A DNA stretch of 42,420 bases from a virus (IMGVR_UViG_3300033513_000023:1-42420), one strand, 5' to 3'. Shown: positions 13,677 through 24,027, counted from the stretch's first letter. Numbers and translations: made by a program. The notes: generated by a model not told the origin, from the letters alone.

Positions 13677-15258
13677 GTCAGTACAAGAACAAATCTGGAG
13701 CCTCTCGCTCAAAGAACTCATTCTATTCTGGGATGGGCTAGAAAAACTACATGGTAAGGAAGCAGTAAGGCAACTGTGCCTGGTTGACCGATATTACCTA
13801 TTGGTAAGGGCTATGAATAGAGCAGATGCTTTGCATCCTTGGTTATTGACTAGATGCAGGGAAGTAGAGCGCACCCCAGACGATATGCTAGACCTATGGG
13901 CGCGTGAGCATTACAAGAGCACCATAATTACCTATGCTGGGGCTATCCAAGAGATTCTGAAGAACCCAGAGGTATCAATCGCTATCTTCTCTCATACTAA
14001 GGGTATTGCTCGTAAGTTTTTCCGGCAGATCAAATACGAGCTAGAGAGCAACGAAGTGCTAAAGGCCGCATTCCCTGATGTTCTATACCAAAACCCTCAG
14101 AAAGAATCCCCCCGATGGGCGGAAGAGACTGGATTAGTAGTCAAGCGCAAGTCAAACAGTAAGGAAAGCACATTAGAGGCATGGGGTCTGGTTGATGGTC
14201 AGCCTACATCGGCACACTTCAAACTCCGTATTTATGATGACGTAGTTTCCCCTGAATCAGTAACCACCCCAGAGCAGATTAACAAGACTACGGCGGCTTG
14301 GGAACTATCGGATAACCTTGGGACTGTGGATGGCAGGAAGTGGCACGTAGGTACTAGATACCACTTTGGCGATACGTATAACGCCATTATGGAGAGGGGA
14401 GCGTTAAAGCCACGACTACACGCAGCTACAGACAATGGACAGCCAGAAGGCAATCCGGTATTGATGACTTCTGAACAGTGGGAAAACAAGAAGCTAATCC
14501 AAGGCCCAGCTACGATTGCTTGCCAGATGCTGCAAAACCCCATAGCAGGTCAACAGGCTATGTTTGACTTGAATGACCTTCAAGAGTACGAGATTAGACC
14601 TGCTACGCTTAACGTATATATCCTGGTTGACCCAGCACGTAGCATGAAGAAAGGCTCGGCTAATACTGCTATATCAGTGATCGGTATAGACGCTGGACGT
14701 AATAAATTCCTGCTAGATGGTATTAACCATAGGTGTGACCTAAAAAGCAGATGGGAAGCAGTTAAGCAGATTAGAAAAGAGTGGATAAACAAGCAAGGCG
14801 TCCAAGGTGTTTGGGTAGGATATGAGGCATTCGGAGCTCAGGCAGACCTAGACTATTTCCACGAGCGGATGGAAGTAGAACAGAATAGCTTCCCTATCGA
14901 GGAATTAAAGTGGCCTAGAGATGGCGAAGGGTCAAAGGATGACCGCGTGCAAAGGTTAGGCCCAGACCTGAGAGCGCACAAATTATTCGTGCCTAAGAAC
15001 ACTCCAGATTTGACGAGCGACCAAAAAAGGTGTAAAGATGCAGGCCAGATTTATAGGATAGCCAAACCGATTAAAAAGAAGGACTCGGACGGCAATATAT
15101 ACGACCTTACAACGATGCTAAAGGAGCAAATCATGTTCTATCCGTTCGCACCGTTGAAGGACTTGATTGACGCAACCAGCCGTATCTACGACATGAACCC
15201 GCGTCCTCCTGTTATCATTGATGAATCAGAACTAGAGCCAGAGGTTTACGTTGACTAA
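13666..15258 (+). CDS. Terminase large subunit
   Basis: Walker A-like REHYKST, Walker B LRIYDD, GTRY, RNase H-like VDPA; upstream of the portal. Confidence 0.92.
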   Translation: MELKSVQEQIWSLSLKELILFWDGLEKLHGKEAVRQLCLVDRYYLLVRAMNRADALHPWLLTRCREVERTPDDMLDLWAREHYKSTIITYAGAIQEILKNPEVSIAIFSHTKGIARKFFRQIKYELESNEVLKAAFPDVLYQNPQKESPRWAEETGLVVKRKSNSKESTLEAWGLVDGQPTSAHFKLRIYDDVVSPESVTTPEQINKTTAAWELSDNLGTVDGRKWHVGTRYHFGDTYNAIMERGALKPRLHAATDNGQPEGNPVLMTSEQWENKKLIQGPATIACQMLQNPIAGQQAMFDLNDLQEYEIRPATLNVYILVDPARSMKKGSANTAISVIGIDAGRNKFLLDGINHRCDLKSRWEAVKQIRKEWINKQGVQGVWVGYEAFGAQADLDYFHERMEVEQNSFPIEELKWPRDGEGSKDDRVQRLGPDLRAHKLFVPKNTPDLTSDQKRCKDAGQIYRIAKPIKKKDSDGNIYDLTTMLKEQIMFYPFAPLKDLIDATSRIYDMNPRPPVIIDESELEPEVYVD

Positions 15259-15505
15259 TGAATTGATGTTTAGTGATGAAGAATCGTCATTATGGATTGA
15301 TAGATTACTAAATACGGAGTTGATTATGCCAAGCAAAACCAAGAAACAAGCTAAACTTATGGCAGCCTGCGCTCATGGTGCTGGATATACTTCTTGCCCG
15401 CCTAAGTCTGTGGCTAAAGAGTTCAACAAGGCAGACGTAGAAACAGGGATTATGCGAGACAAGCGAAAGATTACCGGAAAGGGATACCATAAAGGTAAAA
15501 TGTGA
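15251..15505 (+). CDS. Small basic protein (start may be ATG 15326)
   Basis: MPSKTKKQAKLMAACAH...PKSVAKEFNKAD. Confidence 0.65.
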   Translation: MTNELMFSDEESSLWIDRLLNTELIMPSKTKKQAKLMAACAHGAGYTSCPPKSVAKEFNKADVETGIMRDKRKITGKGYHKGKM

Positions 15506-15663
15506 TGGCCGATACTATTCCAGTGCAAACAAGAGAGGTTGATTTTGCATCGTTGGTGCGCAAAGTCGAGCCAAACCTAAACGAACCGGAGGATGTTTAT
15601 GAGTTTTCAAACGGACGTACATTCGAAGATTCAGGCAGCAATGGCGGCCCTTACACATCCTGA
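15505..15663 (+). CDS. 52 aa hypothetical protein
   Basis: Coupled TGATG start; MADTIPVQTRE...YEFSNGRTF. Confidence 0.55.
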   Translation: MADTIPVQTREVDFASLVRKVEPNLNEPEDVYEFSNGRTFEDSGSNGGPYTS

Positions 15664-15790
15664 TTACGATCAATTGCCGGAAGCCGTGAAGATGGTTCAC
15701 ACTCCGGCAGGATATGCTTGGCTTGGTGATGAAGAACGAGCAAGGGCTATTGAACGTGAAACCATGCCAGATATGGATGTGACAGAATGA
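15599..15790 (+). CDS. Hypothetical protein
   Basis: ggagga RBS; YDQLPEAVK...YAWLGDEER. Confidence 0.6.
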   Translation: MSFQTDVHSKIQAAMAALTHPDYDQLPEAVKMVHTPAGYAWLGDEERARAIERETMPDMDVTE

Positions 15791-15883
15791 ACCTGATTCA
15801 TGTTTCGTATGCAGAGCTTGTTTCGTTCTTTAAAGCAAACCCCGCTATCTGGTACACAATCCAACAAATGATGAAGGAATAAG

Positions 15884-16141
15884 ATGATAAAAGTAACCGC
15901 AGAAGATATTAACGATCTTAAACATAAATTAGGCATAAAGGACAAAGTGTTCAACATTTCCATCAAATGGAAAGCATCTGACTTTGGCAGAAAATCAGAA
16001 AATGGTTGCATAGTAGATGCAACAAATACAATTGGAGGCGGAGAAGTGCCAAAAGAATTTAAATCGAACGATGATGCTTTAGAGTATATTAAATTGATGT
16101 TTAAAGACAGAAACGATTATATAGATGCAGGTGAAGAGTAA
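15884..16141 (+). CDS. Hypothetical protein
   Basis: AT-rich ORF with RBS. Confidence 0.6.
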   Translation: MIKVTAEDINDLKHKLGIKDKVFNISIKWKASDFGRKSENGCIVDATNTIGGGEVPKEFKSNDDALEYIKLMFKDRNDYIDAGEE

Positions 16142-16476
16142 TGTTGACAATAGCTGACACTGAACACCTGCAAGATATGTCTATGGCTAAGGACATAGCA
16201 GAAACTCTATTTGAAAAGTATCCTGGTTATCTATGGGCTGTCAATGTAACTAGTGGAGTAGCGGTGATTAAATGCCTTAACGTTAGCATGAACTATGGAT
16301 TTGTTCTTCATTATGACGCGATTAAGGATGACGCTGGATTCCGCAAGAAAGAGGTAATTCGGGCTGGAGGAGAAATCCTAGAGAGGGCCAAACTTCATAG
16401 GGGTGAGCGCAAATCAGGTAGTAAAGCGCAAACTGTTGATGGTATTGAAAATTACAACCCAATAGCTATGCGATAG
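16141..16476 (+). CDS. Hypothetical protein preceding the portal
   Basis: AETLFEKYPGYLWAV...AGGEILERA. Confidence 0.75.
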   Translation: MLTIADTEHLQDMSMAKDIAETLFEKYPGYLWAVNVTSGVAVIKCLNVSMNYGFVLHYDAIKDDAGFRKKEVIRAGGEILERAKLHRGERKSGSKAQTVDGIENYNPIAMR

Positions 16477-16507
16477 TGTTATACTACATTGCGCGTCGAG
16501 ATGACGC
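16477..16507 (+). promoter_or_regulatory. Extended -10 promoter plus leader hairpin before the portal
   Basis: TG-T-TATACT (16477-16485) and GCGTC-GAGAT-GACGC (16493-16507). Confidence 0.5.
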
Positions 16508-16530
16508 CCTAATCCCGCAGCAGGATTTAT

Positions 16531-18534
16531 ATGGCAAAAGACTGGTTACAGTTAGCTAAGAACGCATACTTGAGTTCCACGACATACGTGGATTCAAACT
16601 ATCGCAAGAAGTGGGACGATGCAATACGCATGTTCCAGTCTCGCCACCCTTCTGACTCCAAGTACAACACAGATTCATATAAGCACAGGTCTAAGATATT
16701 CAGGCCTAAGACCCGTTCGCTAGTCCGTAAGCATGAAGCGGCTATTGCCACGGCTGTATTCTCTAATCTCGATGTAATCTCTACAGAACCTCTAAATCAG
16801 AACGATCAGAATCAAGCGGCCTCTGCTGCTTTGATGAAAGAAATTCTACAATATCGTCTTACAAAAACTATCCCCTGGTTCCAACTTGTATGTGGGGCTA
16901 TGCAGGATGCAATGACGGTAGGTGTGGTTTGCTCTTATCAGTATTGGAAGTACAAAGAGATTAAGACCAAAGAACTGCGCGAAGCTGGTATTGACCCGAT
17001 GACGGGTGAGACTGTCTATCAAGAGATTGATGTAACGAAGCCGATTGAAGATGAGCCTTGCATTGAGTTGCTTCCTATCGAGAATGTCCGATTTGACCCA
17101 GGCGCTGATTGGGTAAACCCAGCAAAATCTAGCCCTTACCTTATCCGTATGATTCCAATGTACGTTGTCGATTTGAAGTCGATGATGGACGTTGATGGTA
17201 GAGACGGGAAGAAGTGGAAGAAATACGATGATGGGCAAATCCGTTCGGCTACTAGGCAAGAGAATGACCAAACAAAGCAGACTCGTGAACAGAATAGACA
17301 GTCTAGTTCTGATACAGGGAATGCCCCGATAACAGACTTTGAAATCGTATGGGTGCATGAGAACTTCTTCCGCATTGATGGCGAAGAGGTTGTCTATTTC
17401 ACGTTAGGCACGGAATACATGCTTACCGACCCTGTACCGTTGAAAGAGGCATATTTCCACGGTGAAAGACCTATTGTGATTGGTTCGTGTGTTATCGAGA
17501 CACACAAAGTGATGCCTGATAGCCCGGTTTCTTTCTCTGAACAGCTACAACGAGAAGCTAACGAGATTGCTAACCAAAGGCTTGATAACGTCAAGCTAGT
17601 CCTGAACAAGCGATATATCGTAAAGCGTGGCTCGCAGGTTGACCTTAAGAGCCTAGTTCGTAACGTTCCTGGCTCTATCACGTTGGCTAACGAACCTTCT
17701 GGTGACGTTCAAGAGATTAACTTCCCAGATGTTACGGGTTCTAGTTATGCAGAACAGGACAGGCTGAACGTAGATTATGACGAACTAACAGGCAACTTCT
17801 CCCAAGGTTCGGTAATGACCAATCGCAAGATGGGCGAGACTGTCGGCGGAATGGGAATGGTTAGTGCTGCTGCTAATCAGATCACTGAGTACACAATCCG
17901 TACTTTTGTTGAGACTTGGATGGAGCGAGTAATACGCCAGTTGGTTAAGCTTGAACAGAAGTACGAGACTGACCAAGTGGTTTTAGCTATCGCGGCTGAT
18001 AAGGCACAGTTGGTTCAACGGTTTGGCATTAACCAAGTAAACGACGAATTGCTTAACCAAGAGTTGACATTGAATATCAACGTAGGCATGGGTGCGACTG
18101 ACCCAGTTATCAAGCTTCAGAAGTTTATTGGAGCTTTGACTGCTTATGGGAATGTGTCATCTATGCAGGTTCAAAACCTAAACCACGAAGAGATTGGCAA
18201 GGAGATATTCGGCCTTGCTGGGTATCGTGATGGGGCTAGGTTTGTAACAACTCAAGAAGGCGCATCCCCAGAACTTCAAATGGCAGAGCAAAAAATTCAA
18301 GAGATGGGACAACAAATGCAACAAATGGGACAACAGCTTCAAATGGCACAGATGGAAAAAGCTAACCGTGAGGCCGATGTAATCCTGAATGCCCGTAAAG
18401 CTGCTGTAGAAGAGTACAGAGCCGAGACGGAAAGATTTAAGGATGTACTGCCAAACATGAACGAACAGGCGGTACAGGCTATCGTAATGCAGACTATCAA
18501 AGATATGCAGACACAAGGACAAGGCGCGGCATGA
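16531..18534 (+). CDS. Portal protein
   Basis: 667 aa; position between terL and scaffold; FDPGAD, QREANEIANQRLDN, ETVGG, Q-rich C-terminal coiled coil. Confidence 0.88.
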   Translation: MAKDWLQLAKNAYLSSTTYVDSNYRKKWDDAIRMFQSRHPSDSKYNTDSYKHRSKIFRPKTRSLVRKHEAAIATAVFSNLDVISTEPLNQNDQNQAASAALMKEILQYRLTKTIPWFQLVCGAMQDAMTVGVVCSYQYWKYKEIKTKELREAGIDPMTGETVYQEIDVTKPIEDEPCIELLPIENVRFDPGADWVNPAKSSPYLIRMIPMYVVDLKSMMDVDGRDGKKWKKYDDGQIRSATRQENDQTKQTREQNRQSSSDTGNAPITDFEIVWVHENFFRIDGEEVVYFTLGTEYMLTDPVPLKEAYFHGERPIVIGSCVIETHKVMPDSPVSFSEQLQREANEIANQRLDNVKLVLNKRYIVKRGSQVDLKSLVRNVPGSITLANEPSGDVQEINFPDVTGSSYAEQDRLNVDYDELTGNFSQGSVMTNRKMGETVGGMGMVSAAANQITEYTIRTFVETWMERVIRQLVKLEQKYETDQVVLAIAADKAQLVQRFGINQVNDELLNQELTLNINVGMGATDPVIKLQKFIGALTAYGNVSSMQVQNLNHEEIGKEIFGLAGYRDGARFVTTQEGASPELQMAEQKIQEMGQQMQQMGQQLQMAQMEKANREADVILNARKAAVEEYRAETERFKDVLPNMNEQAVQAIVMQTIKDMQTQGQGAA

Positions 18535-18794
18535 ACGAACTATTTGCAGAGGCAATCCTTGGTAGGGATGCGGAAGACTTTATCCAGAGCGATATAGGCC
18601 AATATCTAATCGGATGCGCAGAACAAGAAGCACAAGAAGCGATGGAAAAACTTAAGCATGTGTTCCCGTGGCGTAGAAGGAAGATAGTAGAGCTGCAGAA
18701 CAGGATTTGGAGGGCAGAGTCTATCCAATCTTGGCTGGCAGAGATTGTAATTAAAGGAAAACAAGCAACACAACAACTTGAAGGGGATGAATAA
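18531..18794 (+). CDS. Small head-associated protein
   Basis: Coupled between portal and scaffold. Confidence 0.7.
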   Translation: MNELFAEAILGRDAEDFIQSDIGQYLIGCAEQEAQEAMEKLKHVFPWRRRKIVELQNRIWRAESIQSWLAEIVIKGKQATQQLEGDE

Positions 18795-19711
18795 TGACTG
18801 AAACCGCCATCCAAAAGGACGTGGAAACCGGAGAAGTTAATGAAGAAAAAACACTATCTCCTCGTGAAGAGATGATGGCAATGATCGCTGAGAAGGCGAA
18901 AAAAGAGCGAGACGACGAACTTGCCGATGCAGGCCACGAAATAGTTGATACGACTAAAGCGCCTAAAGAAGAACAAGAAGAAGAGGAAGTCACCGAGTCT
19001 GAGATTAAAAAAGAGGAAGAGGTTAGGGAAGAAAAAGAAGACCTCGTAGAAATCAAGGTAGACGGTGAAATCCGCAAAGTAGAAAAGGATAAGATTCTCG
19101 ATGCTGGTATCAGGGCATTGCAGAAAGAGTCAACCGCAGATAAACGGCTAGAGGAAGCTACTCGCCTACTGCGTCAAGTTGATGAGAGATTGCAACAAGC
19201 GAAGACGGTAGAGACTCCATCCCAAAAGGAAGAAAAATGGGACGATTCGACTATTGCCTATGCGCTTGAGCATGGTGACGAAGAACAACGTAAATATGCA
19301 ATTAAACAGTTGAGGGTGCGCGATGAAGCTACGCCTATTGAGACTGTGGAAAAACGTATTTTGGATACGATGGATTTCAAAGAAGCTTCGTCTTGGTTCC
19401 AAAATGAATACAGCGATATTGTGAAAGACCCCTACCTATTCGATTTGGCAGCATTTTCCGAAGATAAAGCACGCGCAAACGGTGATACACGTTCACGCAA
19501 AGAGCTTTATAAAGAAATCGGAGATAACTTGCGCAAATGGAAAGGCGGAGTAGTTCAAACGCAGACTATGGAACAGAAGCAAGAAAAGAAATCCGAAAAG
19601 GTAGTTAGTCTGGCGACTGCATCTATTAAGAAAGCAGCGCCACAAGAGAAACCGCCCAAGACGACTCAGGACGTAATCGAAGAGATGCGCAAGCGTCGAG
19701 GGCAAGCATAA
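18794..19711 (+). CDS. Scaffolding protein
   Basis: Very acidic N-terminus, IKVDGE motif, basic C-terminus; directly before the capsid gene. Confidence 0.8.
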   Translation: MTETAIQKDVETGEVNEEKTLSPREEMMAMIAEKAKKERDDELADAGHEIVDTTKAPKEEQEEEEVTESEIKKEEEVREEKEDLVEIKVDGEIRKVEKDKILDAGIRALQKESTADKRLEEATRLLRQVDERLQQAKTVETPSQKEEKWDDSTIAYALEHGDEEQRKYAIKQLRVRDEATPIETVEKRILDTMDFKEASSWFQNEYSDIVKDPYLFDLAAFSEDKARANGDTRSRKELYKEIGDNLRKWKGGVVQTQTMEQKQEKKSEKVVSLATASIKKAAPQEKPPKTTQDVIEEMRKRRGQA

Positions 19712-19723
19712 GGAGTAATAAAC

Positions 19724-20731
19724 ATGGCTGGTCAAATCTGGGCCACTAACTCGCTGGGTGGCTATATGTACAGCGACAACTTGTCGGAAGAACTGCGCAT
19801 GGCGGTTCAGCCGATGACTAAGTTTCGTCAATTCTGCGATGTCAAGGACGCTGCATTCCAAGGCAAGAAGAAGGGCGATGTTTTCCATTGGGACGTATAT
19901 CAGGACGTTGCAACTGCGGCTGCTTCTACGCTGACAGAAACCAACACTATGCCGGAAACCAACTTCACAATCGTTCAAGGAACTCTGACGATTCAAGAGG
20001 CTGGCAACTCTGTTCCTTATTCTGGCAAGTTGGATGATTTGTCTTACCATCCGGTAAAGACTATCGTAAATTCCGTACTGAAGAACGATGCTACTAAGTG
20101 GTTCGATGCTGCTGCTGCAACGCAGTTCAACTCCACCCCGCTGCGCGTAGTTCCGACCGGAGGCACTTCCACTTCGGCAGTTACGCTGACCACGAACGGA
20201 ACTGCGACTCTGACTAACGCAGTAGCTTTCAACAAGCAACACGCGAAGGCAATCGTGGACACCATGAAAGAGCGCAACATCCCTGCTTATCAAGGGGATG
20301 ATTACTTTGCTCTGGCATGGCCTACTACTTACCGTACTCTGAAGAACGACCTTGAGTCTATTCACCAGTATACGGAACGTGGCTTCGGCATGATTATGAA
20401 CGGTGAAATTGGCCGTTATGAGAATGTCCGCTATGTCGAGCAGACCAACATCCCGAAGGGTGGCGCAGCGAACAGCACTATCTATAACATGTTCTCTCGC
20501 ACTGCTGACGCATGGGATAACGCTGCTACTGGATCCGACTGGATTTACTTCTTTGGTGCGGATACTGTGGCAGAGGCTATCGCAGTTCCTGAAGAAATGC
20601 GCGGTAAGATTCCTACCGATTACGGTCGAAGCAAGGGTGTGGCTTGGTATTATTTAGGCGGCTTTGGTATAGTTCATCCCGCCTCAGATGCCACCAATGC
20701 TCGCGTGGTCAAATGGGATTCGGCTGCTTGA
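19724..20731 (+). CDS. Major capsid protein
   Basis: 335 aa; KFRQF, GEIGRYENVRYVE, DYGRSKGVAWY; strongly biased codon use; taaggag RBS. Confidence 0.9.
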   Translation: MAGQIWATNSLGGYMYSDNLSEELRMAVQPMTKFRQFCDVKDAAFQGKKKGDVFHWDVYQDVATAAASTLTETNTMPETNFTIVQGTLTIQEAGNSVPYSGKLDDLSYHPVKTIVNSVLKNDATKWFDAAAATQFNSTPLRVVPTGGTSTSAVTLTTNGTATLTNAVAFNKQHAKAIVDTMKERNIPAYQGDDYFALAWPTTYRTLKNDLESIHQYTERGFGMIMNGEIGRYENVRYVEQTNIPKGGAANSTIYNMFSRTADAWDNAATGSDWIYFFGADTVAEAIAVPEEMRGKIPTDYGRSKGVAWYYLGGFGIVHPASDATNARVVKWDSAA

Positions 20732-20814
20732 TGTAAACAATAACGGCGGTTCGGGCCTTCTCCCGCTGCCAAATAATTCTCTAGTTGAGAGGCGACTAGG
20801 GTAAAGGAAATAAC

Positions 20815-21201
20815 ATGGCTACAAAATCTATGTCTTACGACCATCCGACGTATGTTACCCGTCAGGCCGCTGTTTTGGGTCTTCCTGCGACTGCTGCATC
20901 TACTTCTGTCCAGAAGTTCGTTGCTTTTACAGCTATGAAGATCAAGAGCATTCAAGGTGCGGTGAATATCGCAGGCACTGCAACGGCTGCCGGTTACGAT
21001 ATCTATAACGGCACCACATCTGTAGGCGCATTTACTGCTGGCACTTCTGCTGCTGGCTCTGTGCTTACAGCGATTGCTTCTGATATCACTCTGGCATCTG
21101 GTGGTTTCTTGGATGTTCAAACCAAGGCTGCTTCTGCTACTCTTGCTGCTTCGTTGTTGCTTGAGTACGAAATCATTCCTGGCGCATCTGTAACTGCCTA
21201 A
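20815..21201 (+). CDS. Probable capsid decoration protein
   Basis: Ala/Thr-rich beta protein after the capsid gene; high-expression codons; followed by a terminator. Confidence 0.65.
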   Translation: MATKSMSYDHPTYVTRQAAVLGLPATAASTSVQKFVAFTAMKIKSIQGAVNIAGTATAAGYDIYNGTTSVGAFTAGTSAAGSVLTAIASDITLASGGFLDVQTKAASATLAASLLLEYEIIPGASVTA

Positions 21202-21207
21202 CTAAAC

Positions 21208-21229
21208 AGGGGGAGGAAACTCCCCCTTT
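21208..21229 (+). terminator. Rho-independent terminator
   Basis: AGGGGGAG-GAAA-CTCCCCCT-TT. Confidence 0.8.
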
Positions 21230-21233
21230 AACT

Positions 21234-22271
21234 ATGATAACTTTCGCAATCCCAACATGGAACCGCGCAGATAAATTGCGCATTTGTCTAGATTCGATGA
21301 TTGAACAAATCAAAGAGGTAGACGATAAAGTATTGATATGCATTTACAACAATGTATCCACAGACAACACTGAAGAAGTGTTGAAGGAATTCAAAGAAAA
21401 ATATCCAGATATTGTTAATTACAAATCTGGTGAAGAACATTTACCATTCGCAGGAAGCTTTAAAAACGCTTTCATGATGCCTGAAACTGAATACACATGG
21501 ATGTTCGGGGATGACGATATTCTCTCTCCAAACGGGCTTATAATCGTTCTGGATGTGCTTAAACGAAAGAATATTGACTTCGTTCATGGGGCTGAGGCTT
21601 CTAGAGTGGCGAATGAACAAAGGTCGTTCTACGCTACTACGAAAAACTTGTGTTATGGATTCGGATTTATTGATGTAACCGGATTTATCTCTGGGAACAT
21701 CGTAAAGACTAAACCGTATCAAAATGTTCTGAACAGCAAAGACATGAACTTGTATAACAAATCATCATTCCCGCAGTCTCTATCTATCCTTGATGCGTTC
21801 GCTGATAGTCCTGCTGCATTGATTAACGCGCCGATTGTTGATAATCAGAACAGGTCTCAGACAGAAGAATCTTGCGCCCGCTGGCAGGCTGAAAACATCC
21901 AGCTTAACTATGCGATGGTGTCGAGTGGGATTGAAAAACTAATCTCTAAGGGTAAGGTGGATAAAGAGTTGCCGAATGACTTCTTTCGTTATTTGACAGG
22001 GAATATGTTTGGGAAAACTATGTATAATTTCTATGCTCACATGCAAGCAACAAATGATTATGTTGGCGAAGAGTATTGGAAAGAAGTGGTAAAAATGGCG
22101 TCTTTCTTGAAGTTTGAAGACAAAGAAAAGATGCTTGTAATAATCAAAGAGTTCAAGAAGTCGTTTAATGCGTATGTTGCACACGTGAAGAAATCCGACA
22201 AACTTTTACAACAGCTTCAGATAGATCACGACAAGTCAACAGATACAATCTATCCGTTCTCTTATACTTAG
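21234..22271 (+). CDS. Glycosyltransferase family 2 (GT-A)
   Basis: ITFAIPTWNR..LRICLDS, NNVSTDNT, YTWMFGDDD. Confidence 0.9.
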   Translation: MITFAIPTWNRADKLRICLDSMIEQIKEVDDKVLICIYNNVSTDNTEEVLKEFKEKYPDIVNYKSGEEHLPFAGSFKNAFMMPETEYTWMFGDDDILSPNGLIIVLDVLKRKNIDFVHGAEASRVANEQRSFYATTKNLCYGFGFIDVTGFISGNIVKTKPYQNVLNSKDMNLYNKSSFPQSLSILDAFADSPAALINAPIVDNQNRSQTEESCARWQAENIQLNYAMVSSGIEKLISKGKVDKELPNDFFRYLTGNMFGKTMYNFYAHMQATNDYVGEEYWKEVVKMASFLKFEDKEKMLVIIKEFKKSFNAYVAHVKKSDKLLQQLQIDHDKSTDTIYPFSYT

Positions 22272-22280
22272 GAGCGAATC

Positions 22281-22511
22281 ATGAAATACAAAGAAAACTC
22301 TGGAACAAAACCATATGACCTTGAATATGGGTACTGCGAAACAGGCGCGATTCCTGAGATTGGCGACAACATAATGACCGCTGATGCAAACATGGCAGAA
22401 GAAAATCGCATGGAAGCACAGGAACGTAAAATGTATAAAGCGATGGGGATTGTTCAGGACGAGGATGTTGGTGGTTTTTTTGAGCGTCGCAATACTGATG
22501 ACAGGATGTAA
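22281..22511 (+). CDS. Small acidic protein
   Basis: aggag RBS; 76 aa. Confidence 0.7.
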   Translation: MKYKENSGTKPYDLEYGYCETGAIPEIGDNIMTADANMAEENRMEAQERKMYKAMGIVQDEDVGGFFERRNTDDRM

Positions 22512-22515
22512 ATAG

Positions 22516-24024
22516 ATGACTTGGAATCTATCAGACCCGCAAGGCGACGAAGCTGCAAAAATCCGTTGGGAGCTTGTTGAGTACACTAACGGACGAGGCT
22601 TAGACCTTGGCTGCGGACAATTCAAAGCATTCCCTCATTTTATCGGAGTCGATAATGGACACCATTGGGGGATGAAAGGTGTAGACGTTCATGTAGACAC
22701 ATGTGAGAACTTGAGTTTGTTCGCTACTGATTCGATGGACTTCATATTCTCTTCGCATCTTCTTGAACACATCGTTGATACCAAAAAAGCCCTTGCAGAG
22801 TGGTATCGAGTAATCAAACCTAATGGTTATCTGTGTCTATATCTCCCTCACAAAGAACTCTATCCTAATGTAGGACAAGAAGGCGCAAACCCAGACCACA
22901 AGCATGATTTTCTGCCAGCAGATATTGAAGAGTTGATGTATGAAATCGGAGGATGGGATTTGGTAAGGAATGAGACTCGCTCGCAAGGGCGAGAGTACAG
23001 TTTCTTTCAGGTCTATAAGAAGCTTGAAGGGTCTGAACACAAATGGACACATAAAGACCCACAACCAGAAAAAACTGCCGCTGTGATTCGTTATGGTGCT
23101 TTTGGCGATCTTATTCAAGCATCTTCTGTATTTGCTGAACTGAAGAAACAAGGTTATCACGTAACGCTTTATACCGTTGGTTCAGGGTATGAGATTGCCA
23201 AAAATGACCCAAATGTAGATAAGTTTATCATTCAAGGTAAAGACCAAGTTCCTAACCAAGCACTACCGGCATTCTGGGAAGAAATCAGCAAGAAGTACGA
23301 TAAGTTCGTCAATCTTTCAGAATCAGTAGAGGGTGCGTTGCTTGCGCTTCCAAGTCGGACTAATCACGCATGGAACAAACAAGTTCGCCATAAAATGTTG
23401 AACGTGAACTACAATGAATTCGCGCATGATTTGGCAGGACTTCCGCATAACTTCAAGCAAAAATTCTACGCAATAGACGAAGAGAAGATTTGGGCGCAGA
23501 AAGAGCTAAAGAAGATTGGTGGAAGGGTTGTAATGTGGTCTTTGTCTGGGTCTTCAGTGCATAAGACTTGGCCTTATCTAGACCAAGTAATAGCGCGCCT
23601 GATGCTTGAATACGATGATGTAAAAGTTGTTCTCTGCGGTGATGAATTGTGCAAATTGCTTGAAATGGGATGGCAGAAAGAACCTAGAGTAATCTGCAAA
23701 TCTGGAGAGTGGTCTATCAGGGAATCTCTATCTTTCGCTCCTCTTGCTGACGTAATAGTAGGCCCAGAGACAGGTTTACTCAACTCGGTAGGTTACGAAG
23801 AAGTGAACAAAGTAATAATGCTTTCTCACTCTTCCTCCGAGAATCTGACAAAGCACTGGAAGAACACTCAAGCATTGGAGCCTAAAACTTCGTGCTATCC
23901 GTGCCATATTATGCACTACAATTTCGACCACTGCGTTAGGGATGAATATACTGGATGCGCAAAATGTCAATCAGATATAAGCGCAGAAGAAGTTTACGAA
24001 GCAATCAAAAAGGCATTGGGATAA
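22516..24024 (+). CDS. Class I SAM methyltransferase fused to a GT9-like (heptosyltransferase-type) glycosyltransferase
   Basis: GLDLGCG, SSHLLEH, EWYRVIKPNG; then RYGAFGDLI, ADVIVGPETG, CYPCH. Confidence 0.88.
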   Translation: MTWNLSDPQGDEAAKIRWELVEYTNGRGLDLGCGQFKAFPHFIGVDNGHHWGMKGVDVHVDTCENLSLFATDSMDFIFSSHLLEHIVDTKKALAEWYRVIKPNGYLCLYLPHKELYPNVGQEGANPDHKHDFLPADIEELMYEIGGWDLVRNETRSQGREYSFFQVYKKLEGSEHKWTHKDPQPEKTAAVIRYGAFGDLIQASSVFAELKKQGYHVTLYTVGSGYEIAKNDPNVDKFIIQGKDQVPNQALPAFWEEISKKYDKFVNLSESVEGALLALPSRTNHAWNKQVRHKMLNVNYNEFAHDLAGLPHNFKQKFYAIDEEKIWAQKELKKIGGRVVMWSLSGSSVHKTWPYLDQVIARLMLEYDDVKVVLCGDELCKLLEMGWQKEPRVICKSGEWSIRESLSFAPLADVIVGPETGLLNSVGYEEVNKVIMLSHSSSENLTKHWKNTQALEPKTSCYPCHIMHYNFDHCVRDEYTGCAKCQSDISAEEVYEAIKKALG

Positions 24025-24027
24025 ATC

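Noticed and set aside
18277-18350. Tandem repeat agatgggacaacaaatgcaacaaatgggacaac
   Set aside because: Encodes the ordinary Q/M-rich coiled coil of the portal C-terminus
19493-20365. 290 aa antisense ORF
   Set aside because: Shadow of the codon-biased capsid and scaffold genes; no recognisable motifs
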